Source: Marsupella aquatica (taxonomy: Eukaryota > Plantae > Marchantiophyta). From it: a stretch of 64,000 nucleotides of DNA. Where the stretch lies: positions 3,442,211 through 3,506,210 of the forward strand of contig OZ316897.1 of assembly GCA_973895155.1 (NCBI GenBank), given 5' to 3'. The notes under the pieces were generated by a model. That model was not told the origin of the DNA. It made no database searches and was given only the letters and a program-made list of their open reading frames with translations. Made by a program: the position numbers and the translations under genes. Shown here in pieces: positions 29,195 to 45,185 of this stretch (position 1 is the first letter of the stretch; each line of letters opens with the position of its first letter).

Positions 29195-30499
29195 TACTCA
29201 TCACACAAAAGTAAATATAAAATTTGCTTATTGGGTTTAGAGAAATACTTTTAATTTTTTGTCAAAGGACATTAGGGTTTTTAAAATTCAATTTTGAGAA
29301 TTATAAGAAAATATAGGGTTTTAGAAATGAGTTATTGGGAATATTTTTAGAATATTTTGGAAAGATAGGAGTAGAAAAATAGTTCAAACAAACTTTTTCC
29401 TTCTTATTTTTTAGGGTGTTTAATTGCTAAAAAAGTTGAGCATGATATGAGATCCCCTTTGGAATGAGGCCCACGAGGTCAAGGATAATAATTTCCTTTG
29501 ATAAATTGGTGCATAACTCTATTATTAGAGTTGATTTACTTTTAGAGATATGTAATGAGCAAAATTGTCCACAAAACCATCCTCTCACTAGCGAACAAAC
29601 TCAAGTAGATATAGAGATGAATCTAGTAGATTGATACTGGTCAGGTTATATGGGGATTCATCAAAGAACAACATTTTCCTCCAGGAATTTCTTTTCACAA
29701 ATAATCTTTGCCAACACCTTGACAAATACTGGTTTCTTGTCATTTAAGCCAACAGGTAGTGCATGGCCTTGACTGGCAATGAAACACAAGCCTTTTTTCC
29801 TCATTGGGACTCAAAAAGGTTTGCAGTTGACTTCAAAAAATAATTTTAGATAAATGCATAACCAAAGTGCAACGTGAAGATTTCTTCATTTGATATACTT
29901 GAGAAAAATGGGTGCAAGTATGACCTTAATAGGACAATCTTGCCCCTAATACACAAGGACAAGGCTGCTCAAAAGGGTTGGCTGGATGGTAGCGTCAACG
30001 AGCTGCTAGTTTATGATCTGGATTGACAAAGGGGATGGGGAGGGGTGGAGACTGGGGGTTCCAGTTTCAAGTTGGCGCACAGTAGAGTGAAGGATCCCAA
30101 TTCTCTGTCTACAACAATATCCCAATAAAATCACTCCTCAATCATGCATAGATTGCATTATCAAGGGAATACTCCCATTGTGACAAGTAAAGTGGAAGTG
30201 TCAAGGAATGGCCCCATACCTGGAACAAGGGCACCCTTATGATTGTCAATGTGTGAATTTATTTTCCCATTCAAATGCAGGGAGAGATTTTATTTCTAAT
30301 CATTGAGAATCTTCTAAACACTACAGTATCCAATCTTGCTTTTTCATTATCTTGGTCTATTTACAAAATGTTGTTATGGCCAGATGCCTCCCTGGCCGTT
30401 TGATTATGGTGACATCATTTTTCTAGGTATGAGATGGACTTGAAAGTGCCCCTATGTACCTTTTTCTATGCACAAACTCTTCACAACTCACACTGTTTC

Positions 30500-31045
30500 C
30501 CAAATCCAGTTGCCAGGCCAAGTTGCCACTCTCTTTGAAATCCAGTTGCCAGGCTTAGGGCCAGGTTCCATGGGCCAGGGAGTACGATCACTCCCTCTGA
30601 CACCCCCTGGGCCCAAATACACCCTATGTCAAGGTGTACACAGTATTTTAAATGTATGAATTCTGACTTAACGAGCCAAGTTGCCACTCTCTTTGAAATC
30701 CAGTTGCCACGAATTCTGACTTAACTAGCCAAGTTGCCACTCTCGTAAATCCTGTCAGGAGAAGAGGTTACCGGTGTGTAACCATTTTTACAGGGGCCTG
30801 CTATAGTCATAATCTGGTGTCCTGAAAAGTTGAGCCGGTAACCTCTTTCCGGGCAGGAGTTACGTACACTAATGTAGGGCAGGGCTGGGGTTATAGGCTG
30901 TAACCTGCTCCCGGAATATTCAAAGAAGCTTCCCAGCTGCCGCCAGTCAGTTTCTTTTCATATTCCGGACGCAGGGTTACAGCCAGTAACCCTGCGCCCA
31001 GACCTGCATTACCCTATACTTTGAAATCCAGTTGCCACTCTCTCT
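30500..31045. repeat. Dispersed CAAGTTGCCACTCTCTTTGAAATCCAGTTGCCA repeats upstream of MetRS
   Basis: The unit recurs at ~30518 and ~30677, and again at ~30730, where it is split by an insertion and resumes at ~31020. Confidence 0.7.
30744..31011. mobile_element. Two adjacent fold-back (MITE-like) elements
   Basis: Hairpin 1 (30744-30864): CGTAAATCCTGTCAGGAGAAGAGGTTACCGG ... CCGGTAACCTCTTTCCGGGCAGGAGTTACG. Hairpin 2 (30870-31011): TAATGTAGG..GGCTGTAACCTGCTCCGGAATA ... TATTCCGGACGCAGGGTTACAGCC..CCTGCATTA. Confidence 0.6.
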
Positions 31046-31311
31046 CACTGAATACTCACCAACTCCCAATACTCACCAACTCCCAAGAGTGTGGGATTAC
31101 CTGGCCATGCTCTAGAACACTTACCCTAAACATGAGTCACTTATGAGCATAATTATGGTGTGAGTGGATTGGGCTCGTAGGAGAGTAAATTTCCTAACCA
31201 TCCAAATATTGAAAGGGGAGTTTTTTTTCCAATGGAAGGTTGGCTGCTAAAATCGAGCTTTGGGGGCCAACTGTACAAGTCATCAGGATTTGGCTCTTTA
31301 GCTCTGTGTAA

Positions 31312-36115
<4,804 letters not shown>

Positions 36116-36629
36116 ACCAGGATCTTATTACGAATTCTTCGTAAGCGAAGGTATAAAATTAACTTATTCATACCCGGACGACCGAGATTTTTGTAACCTA
36201 GTGATTTTTTCCGAGTTCAAAGGATTAGCTTAAAGTGAAAAGTATTGCACTACGTAAGCTCAGATATTTCCTGCGGTTGGTGGATTCTCCACTTTGGTGG
36301 GTGGGGATCACCACGAGCGTTTGTAAATTGTTGCTAGTATTTGTGGAGAACAGTCTAGGGAATGCGATATGCTACGAGATCAGTTCACCATTATGGCAGA
36401 CAGGTGAAATGGTACCTGTTGAGTCAGATGCTGTAATATCCCTTAGCTGTGCGTAGCTTGCGCCTTTGGCTTTTGGTAATGGTATACTGCTATAAGGCAT
36501 CTAATTCTCACATTAAGCCTCATGACATTTCACTTTCAAGCCCCATCCAAGTGTCTAAAAAGATGGTAGATTCGATTGGGTTAACTTCACGGGAGGGGAA
36601 GGACGATCATTAAATAGTAGAGGGCATAC

Positions 36630-36858
36630 AATCCATCCCCAAATGCCCTCCCAATACCCCGAAAACATGCACTGGCTGAAATTTAGAGTCCTCGTGCATT
36701 GAATTCATCCCCAAATACCCACCCAATACCTTGAAAACATGCACTGGCTGGTTGGTAAGGGCTAGGAATGAAATTTAGCTCTCTGCATGTAATCCATCCC
36801 CAAATACCCACCCAATACCTTGAAAACATGCATTGGCAGGTTGGTAAGGGCTAGGAAG
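36630..36858. repeat. Imperfect tandem repeat (3 copies, ~75-85 bp)
   Basis: ATCCCCAAATACCCACCCAATACCTTGAAAACATGCACTGGC-type unit at ~36635, ~36707 and ~36796. Confidence 0.8.
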
Positions 36859-37087
36859 TCCACCGCCTGCCTTCCAAAGGCTCTATAATGTCCACACAAC
36901 GCTCACAAAGTTATCCAGTGGGAAATATAAGGAAGGATGAAAGTTAAGGGGTGAAGAATATATCATCGCAACTATGCTTCACTGGGTAATTGCTAACTAC
37001 TGATTGTTGGTGACATTGAATACAAGTGCACATTTTGGCTTCAAGGCCTAAGTGCACTCCCACCTTTTTGTTCTGTGGCCCTGCCTG

Positions 37088-37278
37088 GAGTGAGTATATC
37101 AGGAGCCAGCTGGCCCAGTTTTGGAACCCCACCATGCCCTGGTCTGCCCACCCCAATGTTGTGGTCCAGCCTGTTTGCTCTGGGGCCCTGCCGGGAGTGA
37201 GTATATTGGGACCAGCCAGCTGACCCAGTTTTGGAACCCCACCATGCCCTGGTCTACCCACCCCAATGTTGTGGCCCA
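37088..37278. repeat. Tandem duplication (~107-bp period, 2 copies)
   Basis: GGAGTGAGTATAT...CCAGCTG-CCCAGTTTTGGAACCCCACCATGCCCTGGTCT-CCCACCCCAATGTTGTGG occurs twice. Confidence 0.8.
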
Positions 37279-38516
37279 TAAATTTTTCTTACTTATCTAG
37301 GTTGGCAGTCCTGCTCTCCACAACCTAATGGGAAACAACCTGCCAAGACCACAATAGTGTGTGTCAAAGTTCTCCCCTAACACTTTGGTTACGGCTTTAG
37401 TTTTTTGGACGTACCACCCTTATGGGGTACGTATTGTGGTAACCCATAACAATTCTGTCCTGGCTGTAAGTGCGTTTTATGTCCTGAGCCGTAACTCAGG
37501 TACAACTGTGCTTTGACACGACCTAATGACTGCAATCAGCCGTTGATTGAATGTCTGTAGCGGCAAGAGCAGAGACGCCGTAGCTGAGAAAGGCGAGATG
37601 GGTGGGGAAGGTTGTCAGCCCCTTCATGACCCAGACACATGGCGCCAAACTGGGCTCACTCATCCCCGATGGCGGGGTTGTTTTGGTGGGAGTGCTCTAA
37701 TGGAACCCAAGTAGAACACCTTTTATGTTGAGGGCGTAAGACAGCCATGGAACGCCCTTCGTTCTTGAGGGCGCGGGGTAGGCATGGACCCCGGAGTACT
37801 GTACCCTCACCCTGACTCTACTCATCCTTTGCGAAACAGAGTGAGAGGCGCTCGTGGAAACACCACGGACATCCGCATCACATTTTATCCTTGTTCGCGT
37901 TGTGCACGGCCTCCTCTCAACTCGAAGAATGATGCGTCTGGAGCTGTGATGCTGGAGTGTCCTTCTGGCACGGTAAGATCCATCACCGCTGCGCATTATG
38001 ATTCCGTTCTTGTGCAACGACATTCTGCAAGATTTGTTTCGGTGAATTTGGCTCATCATTGAGTTTTTCTGCATTATCATCCGTCGAGCTTTGTTTTGGT
38101 TAATTCCCCGTCATTTTGTATATTTGCATTGTTATTCGGTTTCATTTTGCTTTCCGTATAATTCCAGCTTTCGTTTTGTATCGTCATCCAACAAGTTTTC
38201 TTTTCGCTTGATTTGGCTTTATTTCTGATTTGTCCATTGCCATTCTTCAAGTTTTGTTAGATTGGTTCTGATCTCAGTCAATTTTTTATTTTCTGTCTTT
38301 GGAGGGAGGTCCATTGATTGACGTTCCTCTGTAGGATTTGACATCGTGGACAGTGAGAATGTGCTGATGAATGATTTTGTTTGTTTTGCTGCTTCGTGTC
38401 TGCTATCATCACTCCTCATGGCGTTCCTTTTGCCTCTAATTTTCAGTTTTTATTTGTTGTTTTAGCTGTGAAATCATCAGGTGCAATAGGAGGGACTCGT
38501 TAACAGCAAAACAACG

Positions 38517-41500
38517 ATGCGGTCTCTTACGGGAACTGGTGCCCCGGTTTTGCCTCTGTGCTGCGCCTCTTGCACCCGGCCTTCTGGCTTGAATGCTTCA
38601 TTGAAACCTGTCTCTCCTCATGTCTACAATTCCCCTTCGCCAAATTTTCGTCTGAGGCTGCTCTTGAAGAGAAGGCGTCAGGATGGCTCGCAGATACCCC
38701 GGCCAAGCGGGAGACGTGTCATGGCCAGCAATGGCGACGGGAACTCAGACTCACCTTCTTTTGTGAGTCTTTGCAGACCTTTCGTTTGCAATTGGGCAAT
38801 TTAGAATGCCTCACCCGAGTATGGAAGCATTGTAGTTATCTCACCGAAGCTGAGGTGGTGGTATTCAGTTTTGAAATGCTTTTTTGTAAAATTCGGGCGA
38901 TGAGAAAAACAAAGATGAGGCGGTGAAGTCAAAAGACTCCTCGTTGAAGCGAAATGCTGTTTTGTATCTGATATTGTCATTTACGTGGGTGCAGAACTCG
39001 ATAACAAAACAATCTGACTCTGAGAAAGACGTACTGGCTGCCAAGGTAAACTGCGTCGCCCAACTTGAGCACAGTGCCATTAATTACTGTTTAACAATAA
39101 ATTGTTTGATAAATGTTAATGTTAAACAGATGAAGGCATTTCTTCACTATGTTGTGCAAAACGATTTCGTAAGCAGAAAATCTTATACTGCTTTCCTTTT
39201 CCACCATATGCCTCGTACTGAGTTGAAAAACTTCAGGCAAACGATACTGTGGTTGTCACCAGTTTAATTCAAATGGAGAAGCTGCACAGCGGTCAGTTTA
39301 AGTGTGTGAGTTTCTGAACATAAGGAAACAGGACCATTAGAATTTGGAGCTAGAATATTCTTAAAGAAAATTCAGAAAGAATGATACGAAATTCAACAGT
39401 GAAATGCCAGTTGGCAGCCGCAGAGGCAGAGGCAGAAGCTCTAAAGAAGGAGCTCGCAGCACGACGTGCGGGTGCAAGAGATGTCGATTTGGCAAAGCAG
39501 AAAATACCAACCCCTGAAAAGCGCATCGACGGAACTGGTTACCGAGAGCAATTATTTTCGGGCCCAGGTATGGAACGAACACTTGAACAACTCATCTAGA
39601 GGAATCCCCTTAAAAGATTGCCTTAGCCTATTGCACCTTTGAGAAGGAGATTCGTTTTAGAGTGAAGTGTTTGTTTGGATGCTGTGAAGAAGGATTCCAT
39701 TCATATATATCAAGTGGAACATGTAACTAGGAGAAGGTCACAAGATCGTGGATTGAAGAATGTCCTTGACTACTTCGAAAGGGCAGAGACTAAAACTATA
39801 CGCTGGAAGGAAACTAATTCGCTAATGATGATTTTTAGACCAATGAAATATCAACAGGTCCCTTTATTCTAGCATCTCTTCCTGCAGGGAGCTTAGTTAA
39901 AAGTCGCAATGCCTCAGAGAGGTGCAAGAATAACCTGGAAGTTCATTCAACCTGTCCAAACCGTTTGGAGTAACAGCTCCGAAGGGCTGAGACGTACTTT
40001 GACGTTTTCTGTCCCAAACAGGTGCAAGAAAGGAGCCGAAGAAGTGGGGTATCACGGAGGCAGAATTGTTCCTGTCAAAAGGAGCACCGACTGAAGGCTC
40101 GGGTTTGGGAGGGGAAGCGATGGAAGCAGGTGCCGAAGCAACAATAAGGAGACGCTTGCTGATTGGGCTTGGTATAACGGCAATAGCTGGGGCATTGGCT
40201 TTTGTATGTTTCTCACGCCTCTGTGCACTGTCACGTTCATATTGGTCGTCAGGTACTTAGACTTGTCCAGCTAGAGAGCATTCAAACCACTGGACAGGTC
40301 ACGTCAGTTTCTATTAACTGAGTTGGCATCTCAAGGAAGTGTTAAAAAGTCAAGATGATGGAAAACTTGTGTAGAATCGAGATAGCTTAATTGATAATAT
40401 ATAACAGTGATTGCAGAGACGTTAATTGGGCACTAAGCAGTGGCCCGTTCACCCTGGAAATCTCTTAATGCTGCAAAAGAAGATAGAACAGTTTGCTTGA
40501 AAAATAAAGTTTGGAGTTAACTTCTAGTTGTCAGACTGCCATATGTGATAATTTCAACAGTGTTGGTAACATACGAGGTGGACCTTGCTTTGGTTGTTGG
40601 CAGATTAAACTCCCCGTAAGTTTGAACAAGCCCTCAAAGCCTTTGTTTTTTTACGTAATCTTTATTCTCCGGCTGAAAGACCAACTACAAATTTTGGAGG
40701 ACAATGCATCAGGTAAGCGTGTCTTGCCACTCGGGTTGAGTAGCGGATCAGGGTTGTGAATTTTTAGCTAGATATTGAGAACACAGGATTTCCCTGAGGC
40801 TGAGGTGCTCGATGAATATTGTCAGAGGACGGTTGGGACTATCATACATCAAATCAGCGAACTACTCCTGACATATTTCTATCTCGCTCTATTAGATGTG
40901 AAATTTGCAGGAACACAACTGAAAAGGATTACAGGAAGCAGAGAGGAACTGAAGGATAACTTTCTCAGGTATTTCTCGGCACTATCTTATTATATGCTGT
41001 CGAATTGAGGTGTCCCTCATTGTATCTTAACGGGTAATGGATTATCGTCTGGAGGAAACTCTGGAAAATAAACGAATCCCTTGCCATAGCTCTAAGACAA
41101 CATACAGGAGCTTGACTGTCCTTCACTTTAGATGGTACCGGAATGTCATGATTCTGAATGATACGGGTTGGATGGTGGGATTTTACAAAAGTGAAAACTA
41201 GCCGAACTGTGAATCGCTTACTGGTTGGTGAGGACTTAAACCCCCGAAGATTGGCATCTGTTTACAAGTAGGCACTGATATTGTAGAATTAGAGTAACCT
41301 GGGTCAGCTGTGGCGTCTTATTGTTAATCTGGTCTGGAATCATCTTGAGTAGATCTTCATTGGTGCGATCTTGCCAAACAATGACCTCTTGCAAGCCATC
41401 CTGGTAAAACAAATCTGACTTGTTTGCTGTTTTCTGGCATTGTGGGGTGGAGTGCGGCTGCTCTAATCGGTGGAGCAGATGGAGATCGTGCCACTCAACT

Positions 41501-42615
41501 TGCCTTTGACGTATTTGAGTATCTCAATCAGGTAACAGCCATTCTAGGATTTGCTTTTCTGTATTACAGGGAGATCTGGTGCTCCATTTTGACCCACTGG
41601 TTTGTAGTGATGCCCGAAAATATTATTGCAAAGTTTGCTGTGAGATTGGAGGGAGTGTGGTGTAAATTTGTACGTCTTTCATTAAATTGATTTGTACAGT
41701 CAAATCCATCTACTGAAAGAAATGTTTCATATCGGAACTCTCATCTACAGGCAGACTACAGCAAATACTTTGAGAATGTGGGGGAGCCAACTAGCGCGCA
41801 AGAGTGAGTGACATTCCTAGCAGATTAGCTTGTCATTAATTAACGGAGATATTTCATTTTTGTGAATATGGCTTGTCTTTATGATATCTTGTTAAGATGA
41901 ATTAAAATCAGAGATACAGCGTCTAACGTTTTGGTCCAACTGGCTCATCATCAGTCAGGTCAAAGTTGTGACGGTCAACTGATGACTCGTCCTGGTGCAG
42001 AGTTGAGTTTCTCAAGTTCAGCCTCCAATCAATAAAGGTGACCATGAGACACTCTTACTCTCCCTCACGTGTAGTAACGCTCAGAACATTACTCTTTGAC
42101 GACGTAGATGCCACCTCGGAATTTGGAAGGTTGATTATCATAGTCGCCCATGCAGTCATTTTAACTCAAATGCTGCTTTTCGAGAAGACATTCAGGCCTT
42201 GGATCCATAGGACTTCCTCTTTGGGACTTTTAGCCCGATTGGATGGTTGGTCCTCGCGTCCAGTTCTCCAGGAAATGGGATTCATTACACTATCCATTTC
42301 CAAGAAAACTTGCGGAATGAATAGTAGATCTGCCAGGTGTAGCTGATATTGGTCCTGAATGTATTCTCGGGGCATAATAATTAATTCTGTAAAACAAGAA
42401 GAGCAACACGCTCGGCAATGTGGCTTCCAAGTTGGGCACTTTGTGTCGCGACATTGTATGCACTAGACCAACGCGTTGTTTGCTCAGTATGTTTGGAAAG
42501 AGACCTAATGAAAGTTTCCGTCCTCTTGCAGGCTGCGCGTCTGAAGATAGAAGAGTATCTGACCCTTGTTCCGGCTGAATCATTGCAAGGTGCAACATTG
42601 CAACTAGCAACATGA
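38517..42615 (+). CDS. Uncharacterised plastid-targeted single-pass membrane protein, ~356 aa
   Basis: Ten exons splice in frame to 1071 nt: 38517-38762, 38995-39045, 39411-39567, 40022-40203, 40604-40712, 40896-40968, 41453-41531, 41751-41803, 42001-42037, 42532-42615. Ser/Arg-rich transit-like N-terminus, coiled coil (LAAAEAEAEALKKELAARR), RRRLLIGLGITAIAGALAF hydrophobic segment and helical C-terminal domain. The exon 7 acceptor is a weak GAG. Confidence 0.75.
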
Positions 42616-43772
42616 CTTAGAGCAGTGTCACCCTCTGGGCCCTGTCATTACGCCGTACATCACATTTATTGGCATAGAATGTAAATCTATCTAGCAGCTC
42701 ATTGTTTAGAGGAAGGACTCGGAATTTTGATCGTTCTCTCAGACGGATAAATGTCGATCTGAGCGAAAGCAGGATCGTTTGTACTCTATTGAATTTGCTG
42801 CAACCAGCTCAGCCTTCCTTCCTGCATCACACTCTTGACTATTCTGTTTGGGATCATGGGTTTGTAAAGGATCTAAACGGTTTTCCGGAGAGCCAAATTC
42901 TATCAGATTGAAGTGTCAGTTTCGTACCCAATGAATTTGAAGCCATTAGTGTCACTGAATTGTGATTCATATCTTGCATTTACTCTCTTGCACTGGACTG
43001 GAGTCCATCTCTGTTGGGCGGAACATTTTGTTACGTACACAGTGGTTGCAAACTGGTAGAAATTAAAGTGATATCTTCTTGAAGTCTTCCTTTCATGTTA
43101 ACATTGTCTATGATCGTGAAAGATAATGGTCCCTGTGGATTCTCCTAGCTCTCGTCAACCAGTGTAGTGATAGGTGTCTTCATCTCCCTCAAGTTTAAAC
43201 AATCATTCTAGATCATTGAGAGCCCTACAGACCACTGATTATGAGGAAACTCTGTCAAATGAAGAAACTCATTTATCCTACGCGATTTCGTATGGGATTT
43301 TCCATCTGGTAATATTCGAACCAGCTATTGCTGGAGCCAGACTGAACCTTTCCGGAGTTTTATCTCCAAAACCTCAGCCAAGAAGCAAATGAAGGTTGAA
43401 CGTGGATAGAAGTGACATATACAGTGTCGGGTCTCATGTTTCGACGGGTCTCATGTTTCGAAGCGAAATATAATGAAGTGTTGGAGTTCCCTAGAAACGA
43501 TGTCAGGCATGCTAAAAGTACTGTTCCGTAATTTCCCTTCAAATAATGTCTCCATTACAGAGGTTGGCAAAGTACGAGAAACTCGTAGAAAAGCGGATCA
43601 GGACGAGTATTGGCGACGGTTTCTTGAGAGGCATCCAATTTCTCTAGTAATGTGGTGTCAAGTGACAAGATACTGACCTCGACGTGTCAAAGGCAGGATT
43701 TGGCATTGTATCTTTTGAGTCTTGTCAAAACGCTCCTCCCGAAGGGTTGTTACGCGTCAGGGCTCAACGTAT

Positions 43773-44705
43773 TCATTTAAATTTTGAGAAATTTGGACAT
43801 CGTCCCTCCAGAAATGCTCCTCTCCCTTCCTCAGCCTCATCAGACACATAAGAGTACGTCGATAAGTTGCCTGTCAATGCCTGCTGGTCACTGCTCCCCT
43901 CTGTGGCATTGATAGCTGCCTTGAGGACACGGATTGCGGTGGGGCTATTTGACAATATTTCTCGACACCATTTTACCGTCTCCTGTTCCAGTTTATCAAG
44001 AGGTACTACTGTATTGACAAGGCCCATACCCAAAGCCTCCTGAGCATCATACAACCGTGCCAAAAACCAGACCTCCCTAGTTTTCCTGGCCCCAATCATA
44101 TGAGCCATTGTGCTGACTCCAAATCCGGCATCAAAACTCCCTAGCTTTGGCTGAGTGCAACCAAACACAGCATTGTCCGCTGCAATGGTGAGATCACACA
44201 CAAGCTGCAGAACATTCCCAGCCCCAACAGCATAGCCTGCAACCATGGCGATCACGGGCTTGGACAACCTCCGTATCTGCACTTGCAAATCGAGAATAGT
44301 CAAATTGGGAAGCTCCCTCTGTTCTTCTCCAACATGACCTAAATTGGAACGAACGGCCACCACGCCTCCACTGCAAAATGCCCTATCTCCCTTTCCTGTC
44401 AGAATCACAACGCCAATCTCTGGATCATCTCGGGCATCGGCAAAAGCAACCTGGAGCTCCTCCACCGTCTTGGCTGTGAATGCATTCCGTTGTTCTGGCC
44501 TGTTAATAGTCACCTTGGCAATTCGTTCCCCTTTCTCATACAGAATCTCCTCAAATTCTTTCGCACCTCCTACACACCAACAAGGTCTCCAGTCGACAGG
44601 CTCCATCAGTGCAATTCGGTGCAATCTCTCGTGTCTGCTATTGCCTTCACTCCTGGTTATGTGCCTCGCCACCTGAGCCACGCGCTGTAGACCCCTCTCC
44701 TTCAT
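43773..44705 (-). CDS. menB: Intronless, divergent 1,4-dihydroxy-2-naphthoyl-CoA synthase (MenB/DHNS) paralog, crotonase fold, peroxisomal PTS2
   Basis: Open 310-aa frame with motifs [47 protein letters not shown] and [10 protein letters not shown]-terminal RVAQVARHI fits the PTS2 pattern R-V-x5-H-I carried by plant MenB. Confidence 0.9.
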   Translation of the reverse strand: MKERGLQRVAQVARHITRSEGNSRHERLHRIALMEPVDWRPCWCVGGAKEFEEILYEKGERIAKVTINRPEQRNAFTAKTVEELQVAFADARDDPEIGVVILTGKGDRAFCSGGVVAVRSNLGHVGEEQRELPNLTILDLQVQIRRLSKPVIAMVAGYAVGAGNVLQLVCDLTIAADNAVFGCTQPKLGSFDAGFGVSTMAHMIGARKTREVWFLARLYDAQEALGMGLVNTVVPLDKLEQETVKWCREILSNSPTAIRVLKAAINATEGSSDQQALTGNLSTYSYVSDEAEEGRGAFLEGRCPNFSKFK

Positions 44706-44883
44706 GTCGGTGTAGTATTTGGTGTGTCTCTCTCTCTCGTTTCCCTATCTGGGACCCGTTGACTTCGAAATTCACTTCTCTTTGCTTCAATTTTGAGCCT
44801 CTTGATATGCTCTGTGCATTCACGGAGAAGGATCAGGACCGGATGTACCTCGCTTGGCCCCTTAAAATTGCGTCCCCTACTAG

Positions 44884-45048
44884 TAATTCAAAATGTGACA
44901 ATAGAGGGGACTGGGTCACTCCATACCATGATAAACTCCTAATTCAAAAGTGACAATAGTGGGGACTGTGTCACTCCATAGGACGATAAACTTGTAATTC
45001 AAGTGTGACAATAGAGGGGACTGTGTCACTCCATACCATGATAAACCC
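44884..45048. repeat. ~56-bp tandem repeat x3 upstream of the menB paralog
   Basis: TAATTCAAAATGTGACAATAGAGGGGACTGKGTCACTCCATACCATGATAAAC repeated three times. Each unit carries an inverted GTGAC...GTCAC pair. Confidence 0.85.
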
Positions 45049-45185
45049 AATAATTTTTAAATCACTAAGTGCAATTCTTAATACATATCTGGTTTAATGT
45101 TTTTAATTTGCAAACCCAATTATTTGTAAATCACTAAGTGCTATGCTGAATACTTATCTGGTTGAATGTTTTTGATTTGCAATTT
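45048..45185. repeat. AT-rich ~70-bp tandem duplication
   Basis: AAATCACTAAGTGC...AATAC-TATCTGGTT-AATGTTTTT-ATTTGCAA occurs twice. Confidence 0.7.

Noticed and set aside
43773-44705. menB as a bacterial contaminant or bacterial HGT because it lacks introns
   Set aside because: It has the plant-type N-terminal extension with PTS2 and plant-like wording ([23 protein letters not shown]), so a host-derived duplicate is more likely.
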